From: Candidatus Poribacteria bacterium
GTDB taxonomy: Bacteria; Poribacteria; WGA-4E; GCA-2687025
Length of the DNA stretch: 64,000 nucleotides
Assembly (NCBI GenBank): GCA_963665845.2
Contig: OY762492.1
Span: forward strand, 160,001 to 224,000
Reading direction: 5' to 3'
A program made the translations under genes and the position numbers. The notes below the pieces were generated by a model. The model saw nothing but the letters and a program-made list of their open reading frames with translations. It was not told the DNA's origin and searched no databases. Shown here in pieces: positions 1-10,867 of the stretch (position 1 is its first letter; every line of letters begins with the position of its first letter).

Positions 1-2
1 TG

Positions 3-755
3 CGCGTTGTCAAGAATCATCGAATCGACCGCATCGTTCATCTCGCCTCATGGCAGGTGCCAGCCTGTCAAGCAAACCCGCCGAAAGCGCTGCGCGTCGT
101 CTCCGAAGGCACCATCAACGTCTTTGAAGCGGCGCGTCTCTATGAACTGCCGCGCGTCGTCTGGGCAAGCAGCGTCGCTGTCTTTGGCTCCCCCGACGAC
201 TACGGCGGAAAAGCGGTACAAAACGACGACCCGCACTACCCCAAATTTATCTACGGCGCGAACAAGTCGCTCTGTGAACGGTACGCCGTCCATTATGTGA
301 ACGAGTACGGCTGCGACATCATCGGTCTGCGCTTCACCAGCGTTTACGGCGTTGGGCGCACACGCGGCATGAGCTCCTTCACCACCAAAATGATTGAGGC
401 GGCGGCGTACGACGAGCCGTACACCGCCCCGTTCGGCGACGACATTGTGGACTGGCAGTATGTGGAGGATGTGTCGGCGGCGGTCTGCGTCGCGCTGACA
501 GCGCCCGCGCCAAAAACGCGCAACTTCACCGTCAAGGGCGATTACCGCTCCGTCAAGGAGGGGGTGGAGCATCTGCGGTCGCTGGTTCCGTCGGCGCGGC
601 TGGATGTGGAACCTGGACTCTTCGGCATTCAGTGGGAATACGACGCTTCCGCGCTGGAGAAAGAGCTTGGCTTCACCCCGCAATACAGTATGGAGCGCGG
701 CATTGAGCGAACCTTAGAACGTTTTAGAGAGCTGAAACCGCTCCTTCGACCTTAA
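3..755 (+). CDS. NAD-dependent epimerase/dehydratase (extended SDR), 5' truncated by window edge
   Basis: The frame is open from nt 3 (RVVKNHRIDRIVHLASWQVPACQ...). It has HLA, ASSVAVFG, the catalytic YxxxK (YGANK) and LRFTSVYG motifs. The N-terminal GxxGxxG lies outside the window. Confidence 0.85.
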   Translation, partial: RVVKNHRIDRIVHLASWQVPACQANPPKALRVVSEGTINVFEAARLYELPRVVWASSVAVFGSPDDYGGKAVQNDDPHYPKFIYGANKSLCERYAVHYVNEYGCDIIGLRFTSVYGVGRTRGMSSFTTKMIEAAAYDEPYTAPFGDDIVDWQYVEDVSAAVCVALTAPAPKTRNFTVKGDYRSVKEGVEHLRSLVPSARLDVEPGLFGIQWEYDASALEKELGFTPQYSMERGIERTLERFRELKPLLRP

Positions 756-781
756 CCGAAACCCGAACAGAAAGCGGCGTC

Positions 782-2329
782 ATGGCGCAACATCCAAACT
801 TCCTTTTCATTTTCAGCGACGAACACAGCTTCCGTTTCATGGGGCATCGGTCAGAAGAAGACGGCGGAGAGAAGGTGGACACGCCCAACTTCGACCGCCT
901 CGCCGCTCAAGGTACCGTCTTTACGGACGCCTACTGCCAGATGCCGCTCTGCACCCCCTCCCGTTTGAGCATGCTGACGGGGCGCGAAGTCCGCGGCGCG
1001 GGCGCATGGGGCAACGGCAGCGTCATGAAGCCGGATGTTCCGACGATGGCGGGCGTTCTCGGCGGCGCGGGGTATGAAACATGCCTCCTCGGCAAGATGC
1101 ATCTCGGCGGCAGCCGTCAGTTTGCCGGCTTCAACCATCGCCCGTACGGCGACCTGACCGGCAGAACGGGGCATCAGCGCGACCCGATCCAAGGCGGAGG
1201 CGGCGGCATGCGCTCGCGCACAACTTATTCGGTCGGCGTGACGGAGATACCCGAAAGCCTGTTTCAAGAGCAGGTTTCCGCCCAAGAATCGATCGCGTTT
1301 CTGCGCGAGCATGAAGCGTCCAACCCTGACCAGCCATGGTTTTTGATGGCAAGTTTGAGCCGCCCGCATTTTCCGTTGACGGCGCCGCGCCGATGGGTTG
1401 AGCGTTATCCGCCGGACGCGATCTCCGAACCGAAGGTCGGGCGGACAGGCGACGCCTACGACCATCCGATGAGCGTCGGCATGCGCAAAGGTTTCCAAGC
1501 GGACGCGATTGAACATGACGAGATGATGCGCGCGAGAGGCTCCTACTTCGCCTGCGTCAGCTATCTGGACGAACTGCTGGGCGACATGTTCATACGGCTC
1601 GAAGCGACTGGGCAGCTTGACAATACGATCATCATTTACACGACCGACCATGGCGAGATGGCGGGCGAACATGGCGTCTGGTGGAAAAACAGCTGGCATG
1701 AAGCGAGCGCGCGCGTCCCGCTCATCATTTCAACGCCGGAGCAGCGCCGAGGCGAACAGCCTGCGCAAGAGATCCGAACGCCCGCCGCGCTGACGGATCT
1801 GTTCCCGACGATGTGCGGACTTGCAGGCGTTTCGGCGCCTGAAGGGCTGGACGGGGTCGACCTGTCCGACGTTGTGAACGGCAGCGGCGGCGCGCCCGAC
1901 CGCCCCGTTTTCACCGACGCGCTGGCGGGGCGATGGGGTCCTGGGACCGAGTTTCGCATGGTAAGGCAGGGAAAATGGAAATATGTGCATTTCAGAAACG
2001 CCCCGGCGCTTTTCTTTAACCTCGAAAACGACCCGCATGAGCAGCGCAACCTGATCGCGCGCGGATGCGAAGGCGGGGACGCCGAGGCGCTGCGCCGACT
2101 CAAGCGGACGGCGGAGGAGACGATGGACTTTGACGCCGCGGCGGAAGAACGCAAACGCGACCAGCGGCTGAAACAGCAATTCCCGCTCAAAACGCCCGGC
2201 AGCCAAGGCAACCTGTACACGCTGCCAAACGGCAAGATCGTGAACGCCGACGACGCGCTTTACAACCCGACCGTCATCGTTGAGGACGCCGTCGAAGCGT
2301 ACAGCGACCATCCCGCGCGGAACGAGTGA
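782..2329 (+). CDS. Sulfatase (choline-sulfatase-like, formylglycine-dependent), cytoplasmic
   Basis: PNFLFIFSDEH, CTPSR (CxPxR), GKMH, RPHFP and TDHGEM motifs; no signal peptide. Confidence 0.92.
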   Translation: MAQHPNFLFIFSDEHSFRFMGHRSEEDGGEKVDTPNFDRLAAQGTVFTDAYCQMPLCTPSRLSMLTGREVRGAGAWGNGSVMKPDVPTMAGVLGGAGYETCLLGKMHLGGSRQFAGFNHRPYGDLTGRTGHQRDPIQGGGGGMRSRTTYSVGVTEIPESLFQEQVSAQESIAFLREHEASNPDQPWFLMASLSRPHFPLTAPRRWVERYPPDAISEPKVGRTGDAYDHPMSVGMRKGFQADAIEHDEMMRARGSYFACVSYLDELLGDMFIRLEATGQLDNTIIIYTTDHGEMAGEHGVWWKNSWHEASARVPLIISTPEQRRGEQPAQEIRTPAALTDLFPTMCGLAGVSAPEGLDGVDLSDVVNGSGGAPDRPVFTDALAGRWGPGTEFRMVRQGKWKYVHFRNAPALFFNLENDPHEQRNLIARGCEGGDAEALRRLKRTAEETMDFDAAAEERKRDQRLKQQFPLKTPGSQGNLYTLPNGKIVNADDALYNPTVIVEDAVEAYSDHPARNE

Positions 2330-2336
2330 GAAGCGC

Positions 2337-3878
2337 ATGCGTTCACAACCGAACATCCTGTTCATTTTGAGCGACGAGCATAACTTTCGGTTCATGGGGC
2401 ATGTGAGCCGGGCGGACGGCGGCGAAAATGTGGAAACGCCCGCCCTAGACCGCCTCGCCGCGCAGGGGACGGTCTACACGGACGCCTACTGCCAGATGCC
2501 GCTTTGCACTCCGTCTCGTTTGAGCATGCTGACAGGGATGGAGGCGCGCGCGGCGGGCGCTTGGTCAAACCAAAGCGTTATGAAGCCTGGGCTGCCGACG
2601 CTGCCGGGCGTCTTTGCGGAGGCGGGGTATGAAACATGCCTTGTCGGGAAAATGCATCTGGGCGGCAACCGCCAATTCGTCGGCTTTCGACACCGACCCT
2701 ACGGCGATTTAACCGGCAGATCGATAGCGCAGCGCGACCCGCTGGACGGGGATGTAGGCCTCCGCGGTCGGACAACCAGCTCCGTCGGCGTCACGCAGGT
2801 TCCAGAGAGCTTGATTCAAGATCAAGCGATCGCGCAGGAGACGGTCGCCTTTGCGCGCGAGCATGAAGCGGCGAACCCAGAGCAGCCTTGGTTCCTTATG
2901 GCGAGCGTCATCCGCCCCCATTTTCCGTTGACGGCGCCGCGCCGATGGATTGAGCGTTACCGCCCCGATGCCGTCTCCGAGCCGAAGGTCGGGCGGACGG
3001 GCGACGCCTACGACCACCCGATGAGCGCCGCCATGCGCAAGGGGTTCCGCGCGGACGAGATCGACCATGACGAAATGATGCGGGCGCGCGCCGCCTATTT
3101 TGCCTCCGTCAGCTATCTGGACGAGCTGCTAAACGACATGCTTCTGCGGCTTGAGTTCACCGGACAGCTGGAAAATACGATCATCGTCTACACGAGCGAC
3201 CATGGGGAAATGGCGGGCGAACATGGGCTTTGGTGGAAAAACTGCTGGCATGAAGCGAGCGCGCGCGTTCCGCTGATCATCTCCACGCCAGAGCAGCGGC
3301 GAGGCGAACTGCCGGCGCGCGAAGTAAAAACGCCTGTCGCGCTGACGGATGCGTTCCCGACGCTGTGCGCTATGGCGGGAATCTCGGCGCCGAGCGGACT
3401 GGACGGCGTCGATTTGACGCAGGGCGCGCCCGACCGCCCGATCTTTACAGACGCGCTCGGAGGGCGATGGGGTCCAGGGCGGCGTTTCCGCGCGGTCAGG
3501 CAGGGGCGGTGGAAATACATACGTTTTCATGACGCGCCGCCGCTTTTCTTTAACTTAGAAAACGATCCGATGGAGCAGCGCAACCTGATCGAACGCGGCT
3601 GCGAAGGCGAGGACGCGGAGGCGCTGCGCCGACTCAAGCGGACGGCGGAGGAGACGATGGACTTCGACGCCGCGGCGGAAGACCGCAAGCGCGATCAGCA
3701 GCTCGTCCAAACCTACGCCCTGAACGCGCGCCCCAGCCAGAAAAACCTGTACCTGATGCGGTCAGGCAAGGTGGTGAACGCGAACGATCCGCTCTATCAG
3801 CCGACCGTCATCGCCGAAAACGGCGCCGACATCTTTACCGATCATCCTGCGTATGAGAGCGAATCTGAAAAGAATTAA
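2337..3878 (+). CDS. Sulfatase, tandem paralog of 782..2329
   Basis: Start moved to the ATG at 2337 (MRSQPNILFILSDEH). It has CTPSR, GKMH, RPHFP and SDHGEM, and is colinear with the upstream gene along its whole length. Confidence 0.92.
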   Translation: MRSQPNILFILSDEHNFRFMGHVSRADGGENVETPALDRLAAQGTVYTDAYCQMPLCTPSRLSMLTGMEARAAGAWSNQSVMKPGLPTLPGVFAEAGYETCLVGKMHLGGNRQFVGFRHRPYGDLTGRSIAQRDPLDGDVGLRGRTTSSVGVTQVPESLIQDQAIAQETVAFAREHEAANPEQPWFLMASVIRPHFPLTAPRRWIERYRPDAVSEPKVGRTGDAYDHPMSAAMRKGFRADEIDHDEMMRARAAYFASVSYLDELLNDMLLRLEFTGQLENTIIVYTSDHGEMAGEHGLWWKNCWHEASARVPLIISTPEQRRGELPAREVKTPVALTDAFPTLCAMAGISAPSGLDGVDLTQGAPDRPIFTDALGGRWGPGRRFRAVRQGRWKYIRFHDAPPLFFNLENDPMEQRNLIERGCEGEDAEALRRLKRTAEETMDFDAAAEDRKRDQQLVQTYALNARPSQKNLYLMRSGKVVNANDPLYQPTVIAENGADIFTDHPAYESESEKN

Positions 3879-3939
3879 AATGACAGACCTCATGCCGAAG
3901 AACAGCGATGATCAGGGGAAAAACCGTCGTCCCGCCCCT

Positions 3940-3977
3940 CGTCATTCCCGCGCAAGCGGGAATCTTAGGCGCCGCAG
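3940..3977 (+). repeat. Palindromic repeat family A: CGTCATTCCCGCGCAAGCGGGAATC plus TTAGGCGCCGCAG tail
   Basis: Hairpin ATTCCCGC-GCAA-GCGGGAAT, which recurs throughout the window. Confidence 0.9.
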
Positions 3978-4043
3978 GCATGTTCCAACTAAATCAGAGA
4001 TGAGCCAAACCACTCACCCTAACAGAACGAAAAAGGAGGGCTG

Positions 4044-4736
4044 ATGCCCAAACATGTTGCCTTTCTCATTGGCGAAAACGAATACAAATCGGAACGCACC
4101 ATGCCGCCCATCGCGCATGAGCTGATTGTGAAGCATGGGATGAGCGTCTCCGTCTTGACAGCGAAGCCGGACCTGAAAAGCATCCCCGGCATGGGCGCGC
4201 TGGACGACGCCGACCTGCTCGTCGCCTATCTCCGCTTCACGCAGCTCCCCGGCGAACAGCTGGAGAAGCTGCGCGCCTATCTCGATTCAAGGCGCCCCAT
4301 CGTCGGGCTGCGCACGTCAACCCATGCGTTCCGATACCCCGGCGATTCGGAACATGTGGAATGGAACAACTTTGGCGCCGAAGCGTTCGGCACGAACTGG
4401 AAATTTCACTACGGCGGCGGCTCCAACTCGATTGTCTACCCCGCCGCCGGCAAGCAGGACGATCCACTTCTGAACGATGTCGGCTTGCCGCTGCGCGTCC
4501 GCTCTTGGCTTTATTATGTTCATCCGCTGCCGGATTCGTGCGAGCCTGTTCTGCTCGGCTCGTCGGTCGGTCCGTCGGGGCGGGAGGAGCGGGAAGTCAA
4601 CCCGGTCGCATGGACAAAGACAGACGCCAATCGGCGCGTCTTTTACACCTCGCTCGGACATCCGGAGGAGTTTCAGCTGCCCAGCTTCCGACAGCTGCTT
4701 TTCAACGGAATCGACTGGGCGTTGAACGGGGGATAA
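4044..4736 (+). CDS. ThuA-like (class I glutamine amidotransferase fold) protein
   Basis: GLRTSTHAF, NPVAWT and RVFYTSLGHP...FNGIDWA motifs; RBS AAGGAGG upstream. Confidence 0.8.
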   Translation: MPKHVAFLIGENEYKSERTMPPIAHELIVKHGMSVSVLTAKPDLKSIPGMGALDDADLLVAYLRFTQLPGEQLEKLRAYLDSRRPIVGLRTSTHAFRYPGDSEHVEWNNFGAEAFGTNWKFHYGGGSNSIVYPAAGKQDDPLLNDVGLPLRVRSWLYYVHPLPDSCEPVLLGSSVGPSGREEREVNPVAWTKTDANRRVFYTSLGHPEEFQLPSFRQLLFNGIDWALNGG

Positions 4737-4742
4737 AGCGGC

Positions 4743-6338
4743 CTATTTGTCAAACGCGGCGGACAACAGCTCAAGGGTGTACGGGTTCTGCGGGTTGTCA
4801 AACAGCTCCTCGGCGGGACCCGACTCCACCGCCTTGCCCTGCCGCATGACAATCACCTCGTCCGCGACAGCGCGAATCACCTTCAGGTCGTGGCTGATGA
4901 ACAGGTACGCCAGCCCGTAGTCTTGCTGTAGGCGCAGCAGCAGGTTCAGCGTCTGCGCCTGAACGCTCGCGTCCAGCGACGAGGTCGGCTCGTCCAGCAC
5001 AACAAAGCGCGGCTTGATCGCCATCGCGCGCGCGACCGAGATGCGCTGCCGCTGCCCGCCTGAAAACTCATGCGGGTAACGCCGGCGCGTCTCTGGGTCC
5101 AGCCCAACCTCCTCCAGCGTCTCGATGACGATGCGCTCCCGCTCCGCCGCCGTGTCGCCGATGCGATGCACTTTCAACCCCTCTTCGATAATCTGCGCAA
5201 CCGACATGCGCGGGCTGAGCGAGCCGTATGGGTCCTGGAAAATGATCTGCATATGCCGGCGCAGAGGGCGCAGCTGTTTGGAACGCAGGCCTTGTATCGG
5301 CTTTCCGCCGAAATAGACGCCCCCGTCGGACGAAATGAGACGTAGAAGCGCCAATCCAAGCGTCGTCTTGCCGGAGCCTGATTCGCCTACGACGCCGACG
5401 GTGCGCCCCTCCCGCGCGGCGATGTCGATCCCGTCCACCGCCTTCACATAGTCGGTCGAACGGCGCAATACGCCTCGGCGAATCGGATACCAGACGCGCA
5501 GATTCTCGGCGCGGACGACAATCTCTTCAGTCGTCTCCCGCGGTTCCAACGGCTGCGGCTCCGACTGCAGAAGCCGCTGCGTGTACGCATGCCGCGGTTC
5601 GTTGAAGATCCGCTCCGTTTCCCCCTTCTCAACAATCTCCCCCTCCTTCATGACGCAGACGCGGTCCGCCATTTTCCGCACAATGCCAAGGTCATGGGTG
5701 ATGAACAGCATCGCCATGCCGAGCTGCGCCTGCTGCTCCTTTAAAAGAGCGAGTATCTGCGCCTGGACGGTGACATCCAGCGCGGTCGTCGGCTCATCCG
5801 CGATGAGAAGGTCAGGCTCATTCGCCAGCGCCATGGCGATCATGACCCTCTGCCGCTGCCCGCCGGACAGCTCATGCGGGAACGCCGTCAGCCGCTTCTC
5901 CGCCTCGGCGATGCCCACCTGAAGAAGCAGTTGAACGCACCGCTCCCGCGCCTTTTGCCGCGGCATGAGCTGATGCGTCGTCAGAACTTCGCTAATCTGT
6001 TTCTCGATGGAATGGAGCGGGTTGAGCGAGGTCATCGGCTCTTGGAAAATCATGGAGACGCGGTTGCCGCGGACGCTGCGCAGCGTCGGCAGCGGCGCGC
6101 CCATCAGCTCCTCCCCGTCCAGCTGGACGCTGCCGGACGGATGTGCCGCCGGCGGGTAGGGCAGCAGCTGGAGAACGCTCAACGCGGAGGCCGACTTGCC
6201 GGAACCGGACTCGCCGACAAGCGCAAGCGTTTCTCCGCGCTCAATCTGAAACGAGACGCCTTTCACCGCCTCGACCGTCTCATGCTCCACATGGAAATGG
6301 ACTGCCAGGTTTTCAACCTTCAAAAGCGGTTCGTTCAT
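4743..6338 (-). CDS. yejF: Peptide/microcin C ABC transporter, dual ATP-binding subunit
   Basis: Two ABC domains (GESGSGKS/T, LSGGQRQR/FSGGQRQR, DEPT); adjacent to yejE and yejB. Confidence 0.88.
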   Translation of the reverse strand: MNEPLLKVENLAVHFHVEHETVEAVKGVSFQIERGETLALVGESGSGKSASALSVLQLLPYPPAAHPSGSVQLDGEELMGAPLPTLRSVRGNRVSMIFQEPMTSLNPLHSIEKQISEVLTTHQLMPRQKARERCVQLLLQVGIAEAEKRLTAFPHELSGGQRQRVMIAMALANEPDLLIADEPTTALDVTVQAQILALLKEQQAQLGMAMLFITHDLGIVRKMADRVCVMKEGEIVEKGETERIFNEPRHAYTQRLLQSEPQPLEPRETTEEIVVRAENLRVWYPIRRGVLRRSTDYVKAVDGIDIAAREGRTVGVVGESGSGKTTLGLALLRLISSDGGVYFGGKPIQGLRSKQLRPLRRHMQIIFQDPYGSLSPRMSVAQIIEEGLKVHRIGDTAAERERIVIETLEEVGLDPETRRRYPHEFSGGQRQRISVARAMAIKPRFVVLDEPTSSLDASVQAQTLNLLLRLQQDYGLAYLFISHDLKVIRAVADEVIVMRQGKAVESGPAEELFDNPQNPYTLELLSAAFDK

Positions 6339-7423
6339 GACGTTTCCGCCTCTTCTGCGTCTGTGTCTTCGTTTTCTTTAGGGGGAGGAGGGGCGGCGGA
6401 CGCTTTGCGCGGGTCAAGAGCGTCGCGCGCCGCCTCGCCGACAAAGATGAGCAGCGTCAAGGTCACGGCGAGCGCGGCAAAGCTGGTCAGCCCGAGCCAC
6501 GGCGCCTGCAGATTGCTTCGCCCTTGATTCACCATCTCGCCGAGAGAGGGGGAGCCGGGCGGCATTCCAAAGCCGAGAAAGTCGAGCGAGGTCAGCTGCG
6601 TGATGGCGCCGCTCACATGAAACGGCAGGAAAGTGATCGTGGCGACCAGCGCGTTCGGGAGCGTGTGTTTGAACATGATGGGAATATTGCCGACGCCGAG
6701 GGCGCGCGCGGCGCGTATGTAATCGAAGTTGCGGGCGCGCAGCGTCTCCGCCCGCACCACGCCGACATAACCCATCCACGTAAACAGCAGCATGATGCCC
6801 ATGAGCCACCAAAAATTCGGCTGAACGACGCTGGCGAGAATGATGAGAAGATAAAGCGTCGGCATGGAGGACCATATCTCCATAAACCGCTGAAAGCCGA
6901 GGTCGAACCATCCGCCGAAATAACCTTGCGCGAGACCCAGCGTCACCCCGACCGTCATCGACACCGCGGAGAGAGCCAGCCCAAACAGTACCGAGATGCG
7001 AAAGCCGTAGATGAGGCGGGCGGCGACATCGCGGCTCTGGTCGTCTGTCCCAAGCCAGTTCACCTTTGAAGGCTTAGCGGGCGCCGGACGCCCATGCGCA
7101 ATCGTGTTATACGAATACGGTATCGGCGGCCAGACCATCCACCCCTTCGCCTCAATCAGCTCCCTCACATACGGGTCGCGGTAGTCCGCTTCGGTTGGGA
7201 AGTCGCCGCCAAAGCGCGTTTCGTTATACGTTTTAAAGACGGGAAACAGCAGCTCCCCCTCGAACGAAATGAGCAGCGGCTTGTCGTTGGCGATGAATTC
7301 GGCGAACAGGCTGACAAAGAACAGGACGCTGAATATCCAGAAAGAGACATACCCGCGCCGATTCGCTTTGAAGTTGGCGAGACGGCGGCGCCCCTGCGGT
7401 CCCAGTTTGAAGCGGCGCCTCAT
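6335..7423 (-). CDS. yejE: Peptide/microcin C ABC transporter permease
   Basis: NRRGYVS, AEFIANDKPL, WLGTDDQSRD and ARALG (EAA loop) motifs; start set at MRRRFKLG. Confidence 0.88.
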   Translation of the reverse strand: MRRRFKLGPQGRRRLANFKANRRGYVSFWIFSVLFFVSLFAEFIANDKPLLISFEGELLFPVFKTYNETRFGGDFPTEADYRDPYVRELIEAKGWMVWPPIPYSYNTIAHGRPAPAKPSKVNWLGTDDQSRDVAARLIYGFRISVLFGLALSAVSMTVGVTLGLAQGYFGGWFDLGFQRFMEIWSSMPTLYLLIILASVVQPNFWWLMGIMLLFTWMGYVGVVRAETLRARNFDYIRAARALGVGNIPIMFKHTLPNALVATITFLPFHVSGAITQLTSLDFLGFGMPPGSPSLGEMVNQGRSNLQAPWLGLTSFAALAVTLTLLIFVGEAARDALDPRKASAAPPPPKENEDTDAEEAETS

Positions 7424-7424
7424 G

Positions 7425-8543
7425 TCAAACTTCCCGCGTTTCAAAGTCGATGCGCGGGTCGACGAAGGCGTAGGTCAGGTCGCTGACAAGCGTCGTCAGC
7501 AAGCCCAGCAGGGAGAAAAAATAAAGCGTCGCAAAGACGATCGGATAGTCGCGGTTGATGGCGGCTTCGTATCCGAGCAAGCCGAGTCCGTTCAGGGAGA
7601 AGATCACCTCGATGAGCAGCGAACTGGTGAAGAAGACGCTGATGAAGGCGCCGGGGAAGCCGGCAATCACAATCAGCATCGCGTTTCTAAAAATATGCCC
7701 GTAGAGTACGCGCTTTTCGGTCAGCCCCTTCGCGCGGGCGGTGACGACATACTGGAGCCGTATCTGGTCGATGAACGAGTTTTTAGTGAGAAGCGTCAGT
7801 GTGGCGAAACCGCCGATGACCATCGCGGAAACCGGCAGGGCGAGATGCCACAGATAATCCGCAATTTGCATAAAGAAACCCATGTCGCTCCAGTTGTCCG
7901 ACACGAGACCTTGAAGCGGAAACAATGAAAAGTAACGCCCGCCGGCAAAAAACACAATCAGCAGCAGCGCAAAAAGAAAACCTGGAACGGCGTATCCGAC
8001 CGTGACGAAACCGCTGGTCACAAGGTCGAACCGAGAGCCGTCCCGCGCCGCCTTGACGATGCCGAGAGGTATCGAGACCAGATAAACGATGAGCGTCGTC
8101 CAAAGCCCCAGCGACATGGAAACGGGCAGCCGTTCGATGACAAGGTCGACCACCTTTCGCCCGATGAAAAAACTTTCCCCAAAATCGAACATCAGATAGC
8201 TTTTCACCATCAGAAAAAAGCGGACATGGACAGGCTTGTCCATCCCGTACATCCGCTCAATCTCTTTGATGAGGTCGGGGTCAAGTCCGCGCGCGCCTCG
8301 ATATTTTGAAGCGGCTTCCCCGCCGGTCGCCGCTTGATTCAGGCGCTGTTGTTGAGAACTGGTGGAGTCGGCTCCGGCGCTGGTGAAACGGCTTGTGGCG
8401 TCCACCTCGTTGCCGGCAATCTCGGCGACAATCCGCTCAACCGGACCGCCCGGCGCCGCCTGCACCACCAGAAAATTGATCAGGATGATGCCGAACAAGG
8501 TCGGCACAATCAGAAGAAGACGGCGGACAATATAGGCGCCCAT
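7425..8543 (-). CDS. yejB: Peptide/microcin C ABC transporter permease
   Basis: [11 protein letters not shown]...[23 protein letters not shown] and DPRIDFE motifs; GAGGAG upstream. Confidence 0.9.
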   Translation of the reverse strand: MGAYIVRRLLLIVPTLFGIILINFLVVQAAPGGPVERIVAEIAGNEVDATSRFTSAGADSTSSQQQRLNQAATGGEAASKYRGARGLDPDLIKEIERMYGMDKPVHVRFFLMVKSYLMFDFGESFFIGRKVVDLVIERLPVSMSLGLWTTLIVYLVSIPLGIVKAARDGSRFDLVTSGFVTVGYAVPGFLFALLLIVFFAGGRYFSLFPLQGLVSDNWSDMGFFMQIADYLWHLALPVSAMVIGGFATLTLLTKNSFIDQIRLQYVVTARAKGLTEKRVLYGHIFRNAMLIVIAGFPGAFISVFFTSSLLIEVIFSLNGLGLLGYEAAINRDYPIVFATLYFFSLLGLLTTLVSDLTYAFVDPRIDFETREV

Positions 8544-8598
8544 CCGCTTTACGCTCCTCTTCTTAAAATGAGGAAGACGATGCGCCGACTCTCCCTGT

Positions 8599-9429
8599 TC
8601 ATAAGCCGAAAAACCTTCCGGCAAGCTGTTTCAGCTGCGCGGAGATGTTGGCAAGGCGGTTCTTGGCGGCGGCGATCTTCGTTTCCAGCTCGCGCCGCAG
8701 GTCTGCCAGCATGTCTTCGCCGCGCTCCTTCGCCTGCTCAACCGACTCTTTCAAGCGGTAGGCGTCGCGCGTTTTGAACCGATCGATTTCGCGCTGGAGC
8801 TGACGCGCGGCGCGGTCCAATTTCAGATATTCTCGGTAAAGGCGCCGCTCCTGCTGATTCGGCTGCTCCTCTTCAGGCGCGCTGTCCGCTTCTTCCAGCG
8901 TCGCCGCCAGCTGCTCCAAACGGGACAGATCGCCCGATTCATATGCGGTATTGATGAGCGCCATCACCCGCTTTAACTCCTCTTTCGACTCGCCGCTGTC
9001 CGCCTTGTCCGGATGGTAACGCTTCGCCAGCTTCAGATAAAACGCGCGCATTCTGCGCGACGGCTTCGGCGCGGACGGCTTTTCAGGCGGGGGCTTCGCC
9101 TCGCCGTTCTCCTCCACCTTCCGGCGCTCCACCCGAAACATGCGCTTGACCCGCTTCTCAAGCGAACGTTCGTCATGAACGTCGCCCCGCTCAATCAGGC
9201 GCGCCTTGTAAAGCAGCTCCTTGATCTCCAGCTGAACCCGATCCAGCTCCCCGTAGAGGCGCCCGACCTTCGCGCTGTACTCATGCTCAAACGCGGTCAG
9301 CTCCTCCTCAAGACGCTGCCGCTCTAGGCTCAACTGCAGCGTCTCTTGCCGGCGGGCGGCGATCTTCTCGCGGTAGTCGTCGATGCGCCGCTGCTGGTCG
9401 GAGATGCGCCGGGCAATCTGCGCGCTCAT
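8599..9429 (-). CDS. J-domain protein flanked by long coiled coils
   Basis: [12 protein letters not shown]...MALINTAY is a J domain with an intact HPD. The rest is E/R/L-rich heptad sequence. Confidence 0.75.
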   Translation of the reverse strand: MSAQIARRISDQQRRIDDYREKIAARRQETLQLSLERQRLEEELTAFEHEYSAKVGRLYGELDRVQLEIKELLYKARLIERGDVHDERSLEKRVKRMFRVERRKVEENGEAKPPPEKPSAPKPSRRMRAFYLKLAKRYHPDKADSGESKEELKRVMALINTAYESGDLSRLEQLAATLEEADSAPEEEQPNQQERRLYREYLKLDRAARQLQREIDRFKTRDAYRLKESVEQAKERGEDMLADLRRELETKIAAAKNRLANISAQLKQLAGRFFGL

Positions 9430-10163
9430 CGCTTCGTCAAGAGGCGCGCCAGCTCCGTCGGCAGCGGCACAACCGTTGTTTCGTTGTTTTCAGACGCCAC
9501 CTCCGAGAGGCTCTGCAAAAAACGCAGATGCAGCGCAAACGGCTCCTGCGACAGGATCTGCGCCGACTGCGACAAACGCTCCGCCGCCGACAGCTCCCCC
9601 TCCGCATGAATCACCTTCGCCCGACGTTCCCGTTCCGCCTCGGCGCGTCGGGCGAGAACGCGCTTCATATCCTCCGGCAGGATCACATCCTTCATTTCAA
9701 CCGACAAAATCTGAATGCCCCAGCCGCTCACCTGCTCCGAAATGATCGCCTGTATGTCGTCCGCAAGACGCTCCTGCTCCGTCAAAACGGCGTCCAGATC
9801 CGCGGCTCCAAGGGCGCTCCGAAGCGCCGTCTGCGATGCCTGCGACGTGGCGAACGGCGCGTCCTCCACCGCCAAGACCGACTGCTCAGGGTCGACAACG
9901 CGGCGGTAAAGAACCGCGTTCACCGTGATCGAAACGCTGTCGCGCGTGATGACATCCTGCGGCGGTATGTCCTCGGTCTGAATGCGCAAATCGGCCTTCA
10001 CCGCGCGGTCGATGAACGGGATCAGCAGGACGAGACCCGGCCCCTTCACCTTCACAAACTTTCCGAGGCGGAAGATGACAGCGCGCTCATACTCCTGAAA
10101 CACTCGAAATGTGTTGTAAAGCAGCGCCGCGGCGGCCGCAGCCGGCAGCAACCATTGCCACAT
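9426..10163 (-). CDS. SPFH/band-7 (stomatin/slipin) family protein
   Basis: N-terminal TM, EYERAVIFRLG, GPGL, QDVITRD, AEAERERRAK and LRFLQSL. Confidence 0.92.
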   Translation of the reverse strand: MWQWLLPAAAAAALLYNTFRVFQEYERAVIFRLGKFVKVKGPGLVLLIPFIDRAVKADLRIQTEDIPPQDVITRDSVSITVNAVLYRRVVDPEQSVLAVEDAPFATSQASQTALRSALGAADLDAVLTEQERLADDIQAIISEQVSGWGIQILSVEMKDVILPEDMKRVLARRAEAERERRAKVIHAEGELSAAERLSQSAQILSQEPFALHLRFLQSLSEVASENNETTVVPLPTELARLLTKR

Positions 10164-10175
10164 GAGAGACGCCCC

Positions 10176-10865
10176 TTAGGGTGAGAGTAGCCGCTCAAGC
10201 GTTTCTAAGGTCATGCCCTCCAGCGAGTCGACGACCGCGTCCGCCTCCGTCAACCGCTCCGGCGGGTAGGTGTTGCAGACGCCGAGGGCGCGCATGCCCG
10301 CCGCCTTGCCCGCGCGGATGCCGATGTCCGTGTCTTCAATGACGACGCATTCGCTGGGCTTGATCTCCATGCCGCGCTTTTTGTTGATGAGCGCGCATGC
10401 TTCCAGATAGGTTTCAGGGTCCGGCTTGCTGTTGAGAACCATATCGGCGCCGACCGCGCCGACAAACAGACGCGCGATCCCATGCGCGTTCAAGATCGCC
10501 ATGATCTCGCCGTATAAAGCCCCCGAACCGATGGCGACCGGCAGCCGCTCCGACAGCCGCTCAACGCATTCGCGGACGCCGGGGAAAAGAGGCGCGCCCT
10601 TCTCCGCCAGCTGTTCATACCGCTTCGCCTTGTTGCGCATCAGCTGTCCGTACAAGCCGCCTCTCGGCTGCGGACGCCCGGCGCGTTCAAAGGCGGCGCG
10701 AATCGTGTCCCGATCCGACAGCGCGATGTAGATGTTGTTGTAATCCTCTTCCGTCACGCGGATGCCGATCTCGTCAAACACATCGACGAACGCCTGAAAA
10801 TGCAGCGTCTCCGTGTCGGCGATGACGCCGTCAAAATCGAACAGAACGGCGCGGATCGAACTCAC
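10176..10865 (-). CDS. HAD-family phosphatase (beta-phosphoglucomutase-like)
   Basis: FDFDGVIADTE (motif I), SKPDP and VIEDT...G...AAGM. Confidence 0.88.
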   Translation of the reverse strand: MSSIRAVLFDFDGVIADTETLHFQAFVDVFDEIGIRVTEEDYNNIYIALSDRDTIRAAFERAGRPQPRGGLYGQLMRNKAKRYEQLAEKGAPLFPGVRECVERLSERLPVAIGSGALYGEIMAILNAHGIARLFVGAVGADMVLNSKPDPETYLEACALINKKRGMEIKPSECVVIEDTDIGIRAGKAAGMRALGVCNTYPPERLTEADAVVDSLEGMTLETLERLLSP

Positions 10866-10867
10866 GA

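Noticed and set aside
3853-4044. Short ORFs with RHSRASGNL, VIPAQAGI or SFPRKRES peptides (also near 11485, 17039, 26983, 29500, 41713 and 57018)
   Set aside because: These peptides are translations of the family A repeat, with no independent evidence of coding.
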